Source of the DNA: Saccostrea echinata
Lineage: Eukaryota
NCBI RefSeq assembly: GCF_033153115.1
Contig: NW_026889814.1
Span: 930,001 to 994,000 of the forward strand
DNA length: 64,000 nt
Direction of reading: 5' to 3'
The notes under the pieces were generated by a model. It made no database searches. It saw nothing but the letters and a program-made list of their open reading frames with translations, and had not been told where the DNA came from. The position numbers were made by a program, and so were the translations under genes. Of the stretch, positions 23,934 to 34,950 are shown in pieces. Each line of letters opens with the position of its first letter. Position 1 is the stretch's first letter.

Positions 23934-25814
23934 TCATTGAAAACGCTGAAGGAGATCTCGAATTCTCATTTCTGTAGCAGTTTGTATTTGGTGATTGGGA
24001 TATTGTTGGAGTGATTGATGGTAGGAGTCCAAAGCAGCCTGGAGATTCCCACAAACCTGCTGACAGATTCCCAGTATCTGCCATGATATATCTTTATATG
24101 CGTCATCTATGTATCCCTCTCTGTTGTATTGTACCAGGACCTGTAGATCATACAGAGCCGTATGTGCTCTCCTTATATCGATGTGTTTGTAACACAAGAC
24201 CTCCAACATATGTAAGAGCACAAACGGTGGAATAGACACTAATGTTTCATTGTTCTGCATGCAATTCTGTTGTTCTGGTACTAATTCATTGATATATATG
24301 TTAATGATATCATTGTGAAGTGTTACATCTTTTGCCAGAGCCTTTCTTATCTTGGTAGACCAGGACAGTCCTCCAACAGCCTCAATATACCTCTCTTTAT
24401 TTACATTATTATCATACATAAGATATGGCTGTGCTAACCTGCCCTTCGTAATTTCTAAAACGGAGAGTGCTTCAATCCATCTGAATGTTTTGTAATAAAA
24501 TATTGCAAAGTACAACATGTCAGATATAAACCCAAACTTAGATGTTAGTTTCAGCATGTTGCGTGATATTTTGTCAGTGATAAACTTCACCTTATTTGTT
24601 CCTCTGTTTGGGTACATGTCTGCTAACACAAAAGCAGTTCCTTGGAGAATGTGGACAGTAAGTGCTTGTAATAGACCTGCCTGATATTCTGTCAGACATA
24701 AGCCTCGTATCTGTTCTACTGTATGTAGAGCCTTCAAACAATGATATAGGTCTTTTGTAGGTATTAGAGAGGAAATTTGTATTTCTTCACTTACTTCTGC
24801 GTCAAACCTAATTTCAGAGATAAGTTTTCGATCATTCGTACATATAATGCCTCCTGGAATAAAGAGCATTTTTATAACAAAAGACCCTATGCAGGCACTA
24901 TGCAGCAGGGAAGCTAAACCCTTCTCATACAGTCCATACAGCCTAGTGAATAAATCTTGTTGTGCTTCACCATGGATATTACTCAAAAACATGTTGTTCT
25001 CGGAAATGAAAAAATTTGGACAGTATCCCTGATATACCCATTTAATGATAAGTTTAAAGCATAACCAAAAACACTCCAAGAGATTCTCTGGACACCAGAA
25101 AGGCATTATGTTTGTCTGAATCATCCAGAAAACTGCTGTCTTGACATGATAGGAACACAGTAACTTATCCTTATCGTCCAAACCATTGTTGATTACCTCT
25201 TTTAAATAAATTTTAAGCAAGCCATATACCAAGAATTGACAGTGATTCATTGAGTTCACAAGAATTTGTTCCGCTAGAGAGAATGAAATTCTCCATTCAG
25301 TGTTGTAATGGTTTCCAAGTTTATGACCTATTGCTACACAATGACATCCATTTCGGACTATGTCATGAACAATACGAGGCTTGGGCCATGATTGACATCT
25401 GTCTACCCAAGAGGTGGCAGATGGGGGCCAAAAGTCACTGAAAAGACAATGAGCATCATCATAGTCATACAGACCACGATAATTTCCGTTGTTGCATGGC
25501 CCATGTTGAAAAAGGTTAGGTCTTGATTTAATTCCAAATCGCGCCATTCCTCTGTACTTAGAACTAGATAAATACAGTTTCCCATTCATTACAATACATG
25601 TTGGCGGAATTGGATATGTTACATCAGATGTGAGTAACTGAAGCAAAGTAAATCCAGGAGGACTATTAGAACAATCCGATAAGAACAACGATTCTTCGTG
25701 GTAAGACAGAACCTGAAAAATATTCCAGATTACTCGAAGGTTATTTTGCCAGTGCGTCGTGTCCCAGTCAGATTCTTTGAATCGGAACCCTTCTATTCTA
25801 CTTCCGCTTTCCAT
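23934..25814 (-). CDS. Mab-21/cGAS-like receptor (cGLR) nucleotidyltransferase with C-terminal TPR; 626 aa from the first in-frame ATG, canonical N-terminus (~25818-25960) out of frame
   Basis: SGSRIEGFRFKESDWD (hGS..DhD NTase signature), YDDAHC, WRISFSLAE, LCSYHVKTAVFW, CPNFFI.ENNMF (Mab-21 motifs). SWQILGICQQVCGNLQAALDSY (TPR). The listed ORF start at 25922 is GTG. Confidence 0.88.
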   Translation of the reverse strand: MESGSRIEGFRFKESDWDTTHWQNNLRVIWNIFQVLSYHEESLFLSDCSNSPPGFTLLQLLTSDVTYPIPPTCIVMNGKLYLSSSKYRGMARFGIKSRPNLFQHGPCNNGNYRGLYDYDDAHCLFSDFWPPSATSWVDRCQSWPKPRIVHDIVRNGCHCVAIGHKLGNHYNTEWRISFSLAEQILVNSMNHCQFLVYGLLKIYLKEVINNGLDDKDKLLCSYHVKTAVFWMIQTNIMPFWCPENLLECFWLCFKLIIKWVYQGYCPNFFISENNMFLSNIHGEAQQDLFTRLYGLYEKGLASLLHSACIGSFVIKMLFIPGGIICTNDRKLISEIRFDAEVSEEIQISSLIPTKDLYHCLKALHTVEQIRGLCLTEYQAGLLQALTVHILQGTAFVLADMYPNRGTNKVKFITDKISRNMLKLTSKFGFISDMLYFAIFYYKTFRWIEALSVLEITKGRLAQPYLMYDNNVNKERYIEAVGGLSWSTKIRKALAKDVTLHNDIINIYINELVPEQQNCMQNNETLVSIPPFVLLHMLEVLCYKHIDIRRAHTALYDLQVLVQYNREGYIDDAYKDISWQILGICQQVCGNLQAALDSYHQSLQQYPNHQIQTATEMRIRDLLQRFQ

Positions 25815-27854
25815 TTCAGATTGTAAACTCTTTGTCGATTTATCCAATTCACCACCATTTCCCTGAGGTCGGCCAAATCTCTCCTCCAGGCTACCTGTCG
25901 GGAGGTCCCCACCACATGACACAGTCTCAGGAACACAGCCCTCAAAATATGCTGCAGACAGCTAACACAGGTTTCACTGACAAGACGAATGAAGATTTAT
26001 AAGATGATATATAATACCTGGTATTATTATTCTGTGAAAGACGTAAACCGTAACACATGCGCTTTGGGTCATTGACTGAATGTCGAAAAATATGCTTGCC
26101 CTAGGATTAGCGCGGTAAAGCAAACCGAGCTTGCGTGACAGAGGGCGAGCATATTTCCCTATTTTAAGTTAATAACCTTTGTTTTTTAAATATTTTAATA
26201 TTTTACGTTCTTTCTGATTCATATAAACGGAATCTCGTGGGTTTTTTTTTTTTTTTTTTTTTTTTTTTTGGTCATCATTTTGTCAGCATTTCAACAACAT
26301 AAGTTACTGAATGTTTTGTAGATAACTATAGTTTTTGACATATAGACTTGCGAGTCAATCGGATAATTAGATAAAAGTGGTAGCGGGGGCATTTACAGTG
26401 CGGGTATATATGGCTTTGTAAAGCCCGGGTCTATCGAAAAAAAATATCTGAATAATGTACTTCTTGTAAATTTCAATTTATTTCATTTTAAATCTAAGGG
26501 CAGTTTACTCCAGCTGCAAAATAAAATACCATGGAATCAAAACGCTTTAGTGTATAGTGTATAGAGGGTTCTAAAAATTCAGTAATTAGCAAACATATAA
26601 ACTTTTAAGATTTATTGTTTATCATTAACGATAGCGAATGTTTTCATGATTGAATAAATGTTATTTATGTTCCATTGATTGTCTAAATACCTTGTCGAGT
26701 TGACGAAGCTTGGTTTTTGACCTGACAGGCAGAACCAGTAACACAGTGTTGAATTGAAAAAAATGTTATTTAATCAAAAATGACGAATATAAAACTTGTA
26801 CAAATAATGGGGGTCAGAAAAGACTAGAAAACATTGACAAACAAAGAGTATCTTCAATAAGTATTATGCAATCTGACCCCCAACAAACATAACATAAAAT
26901 TACATGAGAATCAACTTCTCAATTACCTACAAAACACAACCTGCCTGTCCACCAAAAAAGGTGGGTTATCTAAAAAATAAATGCCAGAAATCCAATAGGA
27001 TATTGGATCCGTAGCGAATGTTTTCATGATTGAATAAATGTTATATAGGTAAAAAAAAATTCTATGTTTCAGAAATTAAAATAACATTTAAATTATAGCA
27101 AACTTTATTACTTATATTTACTTATTAAACGTTTTAGATTATTTTACTTACATGGATGATGAAGAATTGTTACCCATTTTTCAAGAGCAGCTGATAATCA
27201 TTCAAAGATAAAATTTGAAATAACTCATACGGAAATAATAATAATAATATATCCCTAATCTAGAAATTTTTAGTTTTTTAGTTTTAGTTTCCGCAATTCT
27301 TATTCACATTTTTTTACATTTTCAGAGTTCTATTTAAGGACATTTTAAAAATATATTTCCCTCAGATGCAAGCCAGAGAACGTGCTACGATTAGTGATAT
27401 GAGACGGCAAAACAGATAAGGAAACAAGGAACTTTTTAGACTTTTATATCTTTTTATATATTAGAGTCTTATTATTGCTATCAGAAACGTTTAAGAAAAG
27501 AAGTACATTCATGTTAACCTCTAGGAAAATGACTGGGATATACCATAGAACGATGGTCGACAGCGGCCTTCACTTTTGATTATGAATGTTGTCATATTAA
27601 ATAGGTTTTTTTTCAATTTTCGTTGACAAATTACAACTAAATTGGTAATGCTACATGTACAGTGACTTAACTGACAATTTTTACCGAGGGGGAAATCAAA
27701 ATTCTTTCGTGTGATATGAATTAAACTTGGATATATAATCAAGTTACAGGAAAGAGATAACATTGGTTAGATCAGTCTTTTGATAATTTGTTTATAACAA
27801 GACTTGTCTTAAGTTCAATCAGAGATTCGATTTTTGTATGAAATCGGACATGTC

Positions 27855-27985
27855 NNNNNNNNNNNNNNNNNNNNNNNNNNNNNNNNNNNNNNNNNNNNNN
27901 NNNNNNNNNNNNNNNNNNNNNNNNNNNNNNNNNNNNNNNNNNNNNNNNNNNNNNNNNNNNNNNNNNNNNNNNNNNNNNNNNNNNN
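27855..27985. other. Assembly gap
   Basis: Run of N. Confidence 1.
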
Positions 27986-28192
27986 AAATAATCACAGAAG
28001 TTACCTCTAGTTTCCGTTAGCGTGCCACTCTGAGGAATAATTAGCCGACTGGAAGTTTTCGGAGGATGCATTCACCATACAAGCGACATGTTTCCTTTTC
28101 TAAAGTTTTGTTTTGCTACATTTCAAAATCTTGAGAGTGGATGCTCTTATGTAGAGCTGGTTTTTCTACCTCTACGTAATAGGTAGAATTGA

Positions 28193-28556
28193 TTGATTCA
28201 TTGATTGTATGCTGTATTACGTCCGATTCGAGAATTTTTCACTCATATAGAGACGTCACTGTGTGCCAGTGAATGATTTCAAATTCAGACCTATATTCGA
28301 CACTTAGGGCCATTGAGCCATTGAGCAGTGAGGGTTCTATATCGTGCCAACACCTACCGTAACATGGGACCTCGGTTTTAAGGTCTCAAAAATCAATTGA
28401 CCCGTGACTTTCACCTTTACTGCCGGGCGCTTGGCGAAGGAACAGTCACTACCTATTTTTACGTCTTAGGTTTGATGCGGCGCGGCGAAGGAGAATCGAA
28501 CACGGGCCTCCCGATCACGAAGCGAACACTCTATCACTAGGCTACCTTTACCGGTT
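28193..28556 (-). mobile_element. Full-length tRNA-derived SINE with (CAAT)n tail
   Basis: Minus-strand head GGTAGCCTAGTGATAGAGTG...GTGTTCGATTC (A/B boxes). 13-bp TSD TAGGTAGAATTGA at 28180-28192 and 28557-28569. Sister copy at 61412-61743. Confidence 0.88.
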
Positions 28557-29289
28557 TAGGTAGAATTGAGTTGTTTCATATCTCCTGAGATATATTGATC
28601 TCTTCCAATGTAACAACTGTATTACTTTTATCAACCTTTTTTACAATCCCAAGATATTTTTAGTGATATGTAACAAAAAAGAAGCGACAAAATGACAATG
28701 CTATGTCCACCTTCTAGGATTATTTGAGTAAGGGATCTAAGGTTAATTAAGAGTAAAAATCGCTAAAATGCACGTTCTATTTTAACCTTATTTCTTCAAG
28801 TTACGTGTTTTATGTATCTTTAATTTTATATCACACGAAAGAATTGTTTTGTTTTTTTTTGTTTTTTTTTTTTTTTTTTTTTTTTGCTGGTGGAAATCGT
28901 CACCTGAATATCATATGTTTAATTTAAACATATTTTTATTGAATAAATCAATAAGGATCGGGAAACAGGCAAAGCCAATACATACCCTCTCCTTGTATAA
29001 TAGGTCAAGACAAAGACAATAAATAATAATACTTGTACATGATAATAAGAATACTAATAGTGAAAAGTAAAGATTCACAGACAAATATCATTCATCAATA
29101 TTATATTAAAAAAGAAAGAAAAAACAGATGATGACCCCATAATATTACATATAAATTATTTACTTACTGTTCCAGCTTTAATGTGAGTATTGTAAAACTG
29201 TACATTTATTATTACAATATACATAGTTTAGTCTAGCTCTTAGTAGATTTAATAATTTCATAAGTTTGTCTTGTTGACCAACACAGCCC

Positions 29290-30170
29290 CACCTGGACCT
29301 GGGACTCTGAACTCAGGTGACATAAATTTTACAATTTTTTGAGGATTCCCTGTCATATTTTTGAAACTTGTTCCAACTTGCTAAAAATAATCAGTTTGCG
29401 TGCTTGATGCCCCATAGTAAGCAAGAAGTTCCAGGATATGATACATTTTCAGTATCAAAAAGTTAGCGCCAACTGGAAAATGTACCCCGGGGTCATGAAT
29501 TTCACAATCTTGGCACTGTACTCAATATAACCATGCAAACATTTTGCCTCCTTAATCTCCGTGCCAGGAATTGAAAATATTTTTTTAAAGATATGATACA
29601 TTATTGATAAATGATCAACTTAGATCAACCCTGGGGCTTGAATTTTGGGTCATGAATTTCACAATTTTGGTAGAAGGGTCATTACTCATTATATTTATGC
29701 CAATATTTTGCCTCATTGATGTTCAGAAGCGAAAACGAACATTTTACTTCCCAAGTGTTTTCAATATATATATATAGGATTTCCCATGATTTGTAGTTGG
29801 ATATGATTTTTATCCAACGAGTTGTGTGTTTTTTATCCCTGAGCCTTGGCGAGGGGATAAAAACACACAACGAGTTGGATAAAAGTCATATCCAACTACA
29901 AACCATGGGAGATTCTTTTTATCCCATGTTTAATACTTCACAACCAATGTTTTACACTGTTTTATATAGGACTCCACTTTTTTTTACTTCATCACGCTAA
30001 CGCAAAAACCATTGTGACGTCACAACTGCACTTAACTGTGGATTATAAAAAAAAATTATCCAATGAGTCATATCCACGGGATAAAGGGGTAAACATGGGA
30101 TAAAATTTTATATATGACTGACCTAACCTCACCCTGCGGCCTGAACCAATTGGTCATGAATTTCACGTGT
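29290..30170 (+). repeat. Degenerate ~160-175 bp tandem repeat (Helentron-associated satellite type), interrupted by hairpin element copy 2
   Basis: GGTCATGAATTTCACAAT-like motif recurs at ~29317, 29491, 29648 and 30152. The last interval is about one unit plus the ~330-bp insert. Confidence 0.6.
29774..30104 (+). mobile_element. Non-autonomous terminal-hairpin element, copy 2
   Basis: Palindrome ~29779-29913. TTTATCCCATGTTTA (29918-29932) pairs with terminal TAAACATGGGATAAA (30090-30104). TTGTGACGTCACAA at 30012. Sits in a (TA)n tract. Confidence 0.75.
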
Positions 30171-30348
30171 TCAGCAGCATATCTTGCTTATTTTCTATGA
30201 TAAATACATGTTGCAATATACCTTACGATGTGCTCATTTAATCTTCTTATGTGTAAAAATACAAACAAAGCAAGCATTGCCTGACATGCTTCTTCCAACT
30301 TTTCACATGATCTTAAAAGATCATGTGAGGATCATTATGAAGCTGAAG

Positions 30349-30396
<48 letters not shown>

Positions 30397-31821
30397 AAAA
30401 CAAAAACAACAAAATAATCTCTACTCGATATCAGTTCCGCCAATTTATTATCAGCATCTCTTGGGGCTTTTATATTGCATGGAATTTTTATTTCTATCCT
30501 GCTTTTTTGTAACAAAGAGCAAGGTTAAATTAATTGCTTCAATTTTAGATCCGCCGTTTTTCAGTAGCGAGAATTTTTTTTACTGTATGCTTTACCTTAT
30601 CTACCAAATTATAATTACCTGTAACTTTGATATTTGCATTTATCGCAACAAGGAAAAGTAGTATTGCGAGTTTAAATCTCCAGAGTTCATTTAACCCCAC
30701 AAAGCAATTGAATTGTTTGACAATTCAAGTACATTCTTATACATGTAATTCCATGATGTATTGTTAGTTATATTTCAACAGGCTATATGAATACTGCCTG
30801 ATATTAAAAATTTTATATGACATAAGAAAAGGAGCATGATTAGATGGTAACCCTTAAACTTGGAGAATGTCTCCGAAAGGTGTGACTTCCGGTGTTACTG
30901 ATAATGAAATGACCAAACCAAACCTTTTGATCATAGAAAACGGTAATAGCACCAATTATACTCTGTGAAATTAACCCAAATTTCCACTATTGATGATTGA
31001 CCTGAAAGAGGTTTTCTTTTCTTTTTATTTAAATAATAATACGTCACTGATTTATGTTAGGAATGATGTAAACAAGGACGTCACTGCCTACAAAAAGTCG
31101 AAACTATCGATAGATTTGTTATTTTAGCTTTTGGTTTTAAATTCCTGTACGCACGTGTAAAGTTAAAAAAAGGGGCGAGGTAGAAACGTGTTCGTACATA
31201 TGTAACCACTGAAAAGTTTCCAAGCGAATATACATGTATAAGATACAGTTTCCTTCTATTCAACAATCATTGATGACGGTAGTAAGAGATTGTAAACGTT
31301 TTATATATTTAACCCTCTTACTACCAGAGGGGTCATATATGGGCTCTACCCACTGGCTGCCACAGGGGTCATATATGACCCATCAAAAATATTTTATATA
31401 AAGTTTTGAACTATTCAAGATTTAAGCTCATAATGTATTTATTCTTATGCATATCTTTGCTTAAAGTTATAGAAATATTGTATCTTGTCTGTGGGCATAT
31501 ATTGAAGTAGGCTACAATTGTGATATGTTGACGACGTCAAACTCACATTGATGACGTCAAAAACATCACAATAAGTTATAGGCTATTCAAGACCCTTTGA
31601 ATATGGACGTGGCAAATTATAAACATGATAAATAAAACAACAATCGAGCTCTCTTTTTTATTTAAATTATAGATTCATTTTGAGATCTTCAAAAAAAAAA
31701 AAATAATAAAAATAAATGGAATATTACAAAGATTCATGATTTTGTCACCGGGTTCACAGGTGCGTGAAAGTCAGTCATGACATCTGAGGGTCTTGGGTCC
31801 GAGACCCAACGTTGGTGCCAT

Positions 31822-32309
31822 TGTCAAGGGTGTTAAGTTTTTTGATTAACAGTTCTCGGATAAGAGAAAACTCCGGACAGCTGTTCAATGTAATTTATTT
31901 ATTTTCCATCGACATGATGGTATTTGATGCAGTATTTACGTTATATCATCAATGACATTGACAACAAAATACAACAATACAAAATAAATATAAGAAACAG
32001 TTAATAAATTCACACGAATCGTTTATCCCAGAAATGTCCGTGAACCGCGTGAGATCTCAATGTGTATTCACAGTTGTGCACAAGTGTCCAGCTCCATGGG
32101 CGCATCCATCTTGCTTGTGACGTCACACAATAGGAAGTACGATAAGGTGAAAAATTTCCCGGGAAGTCAGGTTTTCTCCGCCCATATAACGGTACTTTCG
32201 TTGAGTAGTATTAGTGAACTGGTTTGACTAGTGGCAGTGCGCACTCAGGCCGTAAATGAATTTACACAATGAATAGAATTAAATAGACACAGAAAACTCT
32301 CCTTTCACA
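31822..32309 (-). repeat. Second LTR-like unit: shares the last ~137 bp with the other LTRs, different upstream part
   Basis: 31822-31958 matches 32398-32536. On the minus strand it ends ...CCCTTGACA, followed by a PBS-like TGGCACCAACGTTGGG. Possible start TGTGAAAGG at 32309 (boundary uncertain). Confidence 0.65.
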
Positions 32310-32378
32310 ATAACCACCATGGATTTTCCATCGATGAAGTATTAATATGAAATATGAATATTACGTTTGCGCCGGAGT

Positions 32379-32396
32379 CCCCAACGGTGGGCGCCA
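32379..32396 (-). promoter_or_regulatory. Primer-binding site, tRNA-Lys(CUU)-like; a second degenerate copy lies at 31801-31820 (-)
   Basis: TGGCGCCCACCGTTGGGG, 1 nt after the LTR-terminal CA. The canonical Lys1,2 PBS is TGGCGCCCAACGTGGGGC. Confidence 0.75.
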
Positions 32397-32397
32397 T

Positions 32398-32927
32398 TGT
32401 CAAGGGTGTTAACTTTTTTATTAACAGTTCTTTGAAAAGAGAAAAGTCCGGACAACTGTTCAATGTAATTTATTTATCTTCCATCGACATGATGGTATTT
32501 GATGAAGTATTTAATATTTTATATCATCAATGACATGGTGATCTACAATAAATATGAAAACTTACGTACCGTCCATTCACACATTAAATATTTAAATGAA
32601 ATTTATATCAAATATTTAATTCATAAATTAATTTACTGAAAATATAAAATAGTTTAAATAAAATATCTTACCATGTAGACAGAATTTAAGCTCCTAATTA
32701 TAAAGCTATGGGCAATGACAGTCCTCGTAACGTCCGTCTATATCAGAGGGTTTTCATAAAGTGATTTAAAATAATATTACTGCAACTGCATGCAAAGGTT
32801 AAAAAACCAGTTGGAATAGAGAACATTTTAACTTCTGTGTGTACATAAGGGTAACAAGCGTTAGAAGTTTCAAGAACATGTGCAAATTATCATACATAGT
32901 AACATAGTAAATACTAATCCTGTGACA
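32398..32927 (-). repeat. 5' LTR, inverted relative to gag-pol and to the 3' LTR
   Basis: Minus strand reads TGTCACAGGATTAGTATTTAC...AACACCCTTGACA. 32400-32801 is the reverse complement of ~41846-42248, and 32877-32927 of 41659-41709. Confidence 0.9.
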
Positions 32928-33714
32928 TTTGTAATTTTCTTATTCATTTGTCATGTTTCATGTTCGCAAGTGAGTTTCAGTTGAGTGGTGGTAAAATTCG
33001 CGAAAACTTTATTTTCTAAAGAATCTTCAAAAGTTTATATAAACACATTGACCTGAAGACATTTGAAATCAACTGTTTGTTATCTAACAATCCCTCACTG
33101 CATGTAGTTATTCAGTTTTACTAACACTTAACAGCAGCAGCAGAGCAGATTTAGAGAAAATTCGGGAGAGTGTAAGTAAATCAGTTGTATAGTGATCTTC
33201 ACATCAGTTTCATTCTCATTTTCATATCATATCATTACATTTAGCATATCCAGCACATATTAGTTTAAAAATTTTAAGGCAGTCTAATTCAAAGAGATAT
33301 TATTCAGTCTAAATATAGTAATATAGATCTACAGTCATGGTGTTATAGCAATCAATCTAGATTCAATTTTTAGAGTACTGTAGTCAATATCTGCAATTTG
33401 AATCACTTTGAGTTTAGTTTAGTGTTATTCAGGGTAAGAAGTTAGCAAGTCAGAGTTGATATTATGGTTTAAGAGAATTTTGACAGATTTATATTGACTG
33501 TTTATTTTTGCAAGAAATTCAGGTGTTTGGTTACCAGATATTGAAATTCCACTCCACACCTCGATATGGCTCGACTGTGTTGAACGTTCGGAAATTTGTG
33601 CGAATTCGAAGAACGGTTTTTCAGCAACAACACGGTGAGTGATTCATGTTGTATTGTTTTAGAAAATCTTTTAAAATATCAGAATTTCTTTTTCTGATTA
33701 TTATCATTTTCACC

Positions 33715-34950
33715 ATGGCTAACGGTGAGACAGCTGGTAAAAAACCAGAAATACCTTAGCTGAGAAAGAAGAGAATGCTGATGACATTCTTGAACACATT
33801 GAAAAGGTGAATCAAAATCCTAACTATAGGGTATTAACTATGGAGGAGTATAATTTACTTGTATCTAGTACTCCAAAGACAGGTAAAGTTACTGCACCAA
33901 AATTTACATTTGGTTCCGCTATGGATCAGTTAGGGCCAAGAATGAAAGGTTTGTACAATGTCATGCACAAGGCTAAGCCTAAGACTGAATCTTCCAACCC
34001 AGTCCCTGAAACTCCTAATCCCAGTAATCACAATGTTTCACTTATTACCAGTCAACTGAGTGTGCCTAAATTACCTATCTTCAGTAGCACTGATGAACCT
34101 CAAAAAGGTGAAGTGAAATATGAGGTTTGGAGTTTTGAGGTTAAGTGCTTAAGAAAGAGTGAACAATATTCAGAACATGTACTTTTAGAAGCAGTTAGAA
34201 GATCTCTGAAGGGTTTAGCTCATTCAATGTTAGTTCCTCTAGGTGAAAATGCACGCTTGTCTGATATTATGCACAAGTTATATGGTTTCTTTGGAAATTT
34301 TTTTACAAATGAAAATCTTATGCAATCATTTTACAGTGATTTTCAAAAAGAGAATGAGTCAATTGTTATTTATGCATCTCGCATTGACGAAACAATTTGT
34401 AAAGCAATACAGTTTGGTTTCATTGATGAGATAACTAAAGATGCCATGTTAAAAACAAATTCTGGACAGGTTTAGCTAGTCAGTCATTGAAAAATTCAAC
34501 CAGACATTTGTATGACTCTATTAAAGATTTTCAACATCTTCTTAGGGAAATCAGAAAAGTGCAACAGAAGGAAGTTCATGCAAGTTCTCGCCTACCAAAA
34601 TCCAAGCCAGCAACAGTTCATGTAGAGAGAGCAGAAGTGAAAGACAGTCAGGAAGACCTAAAGAAAAAGCTCAGAATCTTGATATCGAAGATGGAAAGGT
34701 TAGAACATAGCATAACTCTCAGTCTTCTGATTATCAAGACATTTGTAGGAGATTAAGTAACTTAGAGGTACAACACAGTAGAAACATTTCTTCTAATGGT
34801 CCACTAGGTCCATACAGAGAAAATAGAGGTTTCAACAGAGGAAAAGGTTTTACTAGAGGTCAGAGTAGAAATCTGTCTAGAGGCAATTTTAGAGGTCAGA
34901 TGAGTAGGAAAGGAGAGAAATGACCCAAAAGGGCAACCTCTTCTGTTGTA
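33715..34950 (+). pseudogene. Gypsy gag (PNMA/Arc-like capsid), disrupted
   Basis: CACCATGG start. LPIFS...GEVKYEVWSFEVKCL...VRRSLKGLA...QKENESIVIYASRI. RG-rich tail. Stops and frameshifts. Confidence 0.8.

Noticed and set aside
23653-24235. Short ORFs overlapping the cGLR 3' end, and the many other 60-110 aa ORFs in the track
   Set aside because: No recognisable motifs, often non-ATG starts, alternative-frame or antisense shadows in AT-rich or repeat DNA.
25815-25922. ORF-track N-terminus of the 662-aa cGLR
   Set aside because: GTG start in a eukaryote and the wrong frame compared with the paralog.
28480-28556. Genuine tRNA genes (also 8054-8208, 39485-39550, 61680-61743)
   Set aside because: A/B boxes are present but there is no complete cloverleaf; they are SINE heads or TE-internal segments.
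33807-34475. Domesticated PNMA/Arc-like host gene
   Set aside because: It is the disrupted gag of the surrounding Gypsy element.
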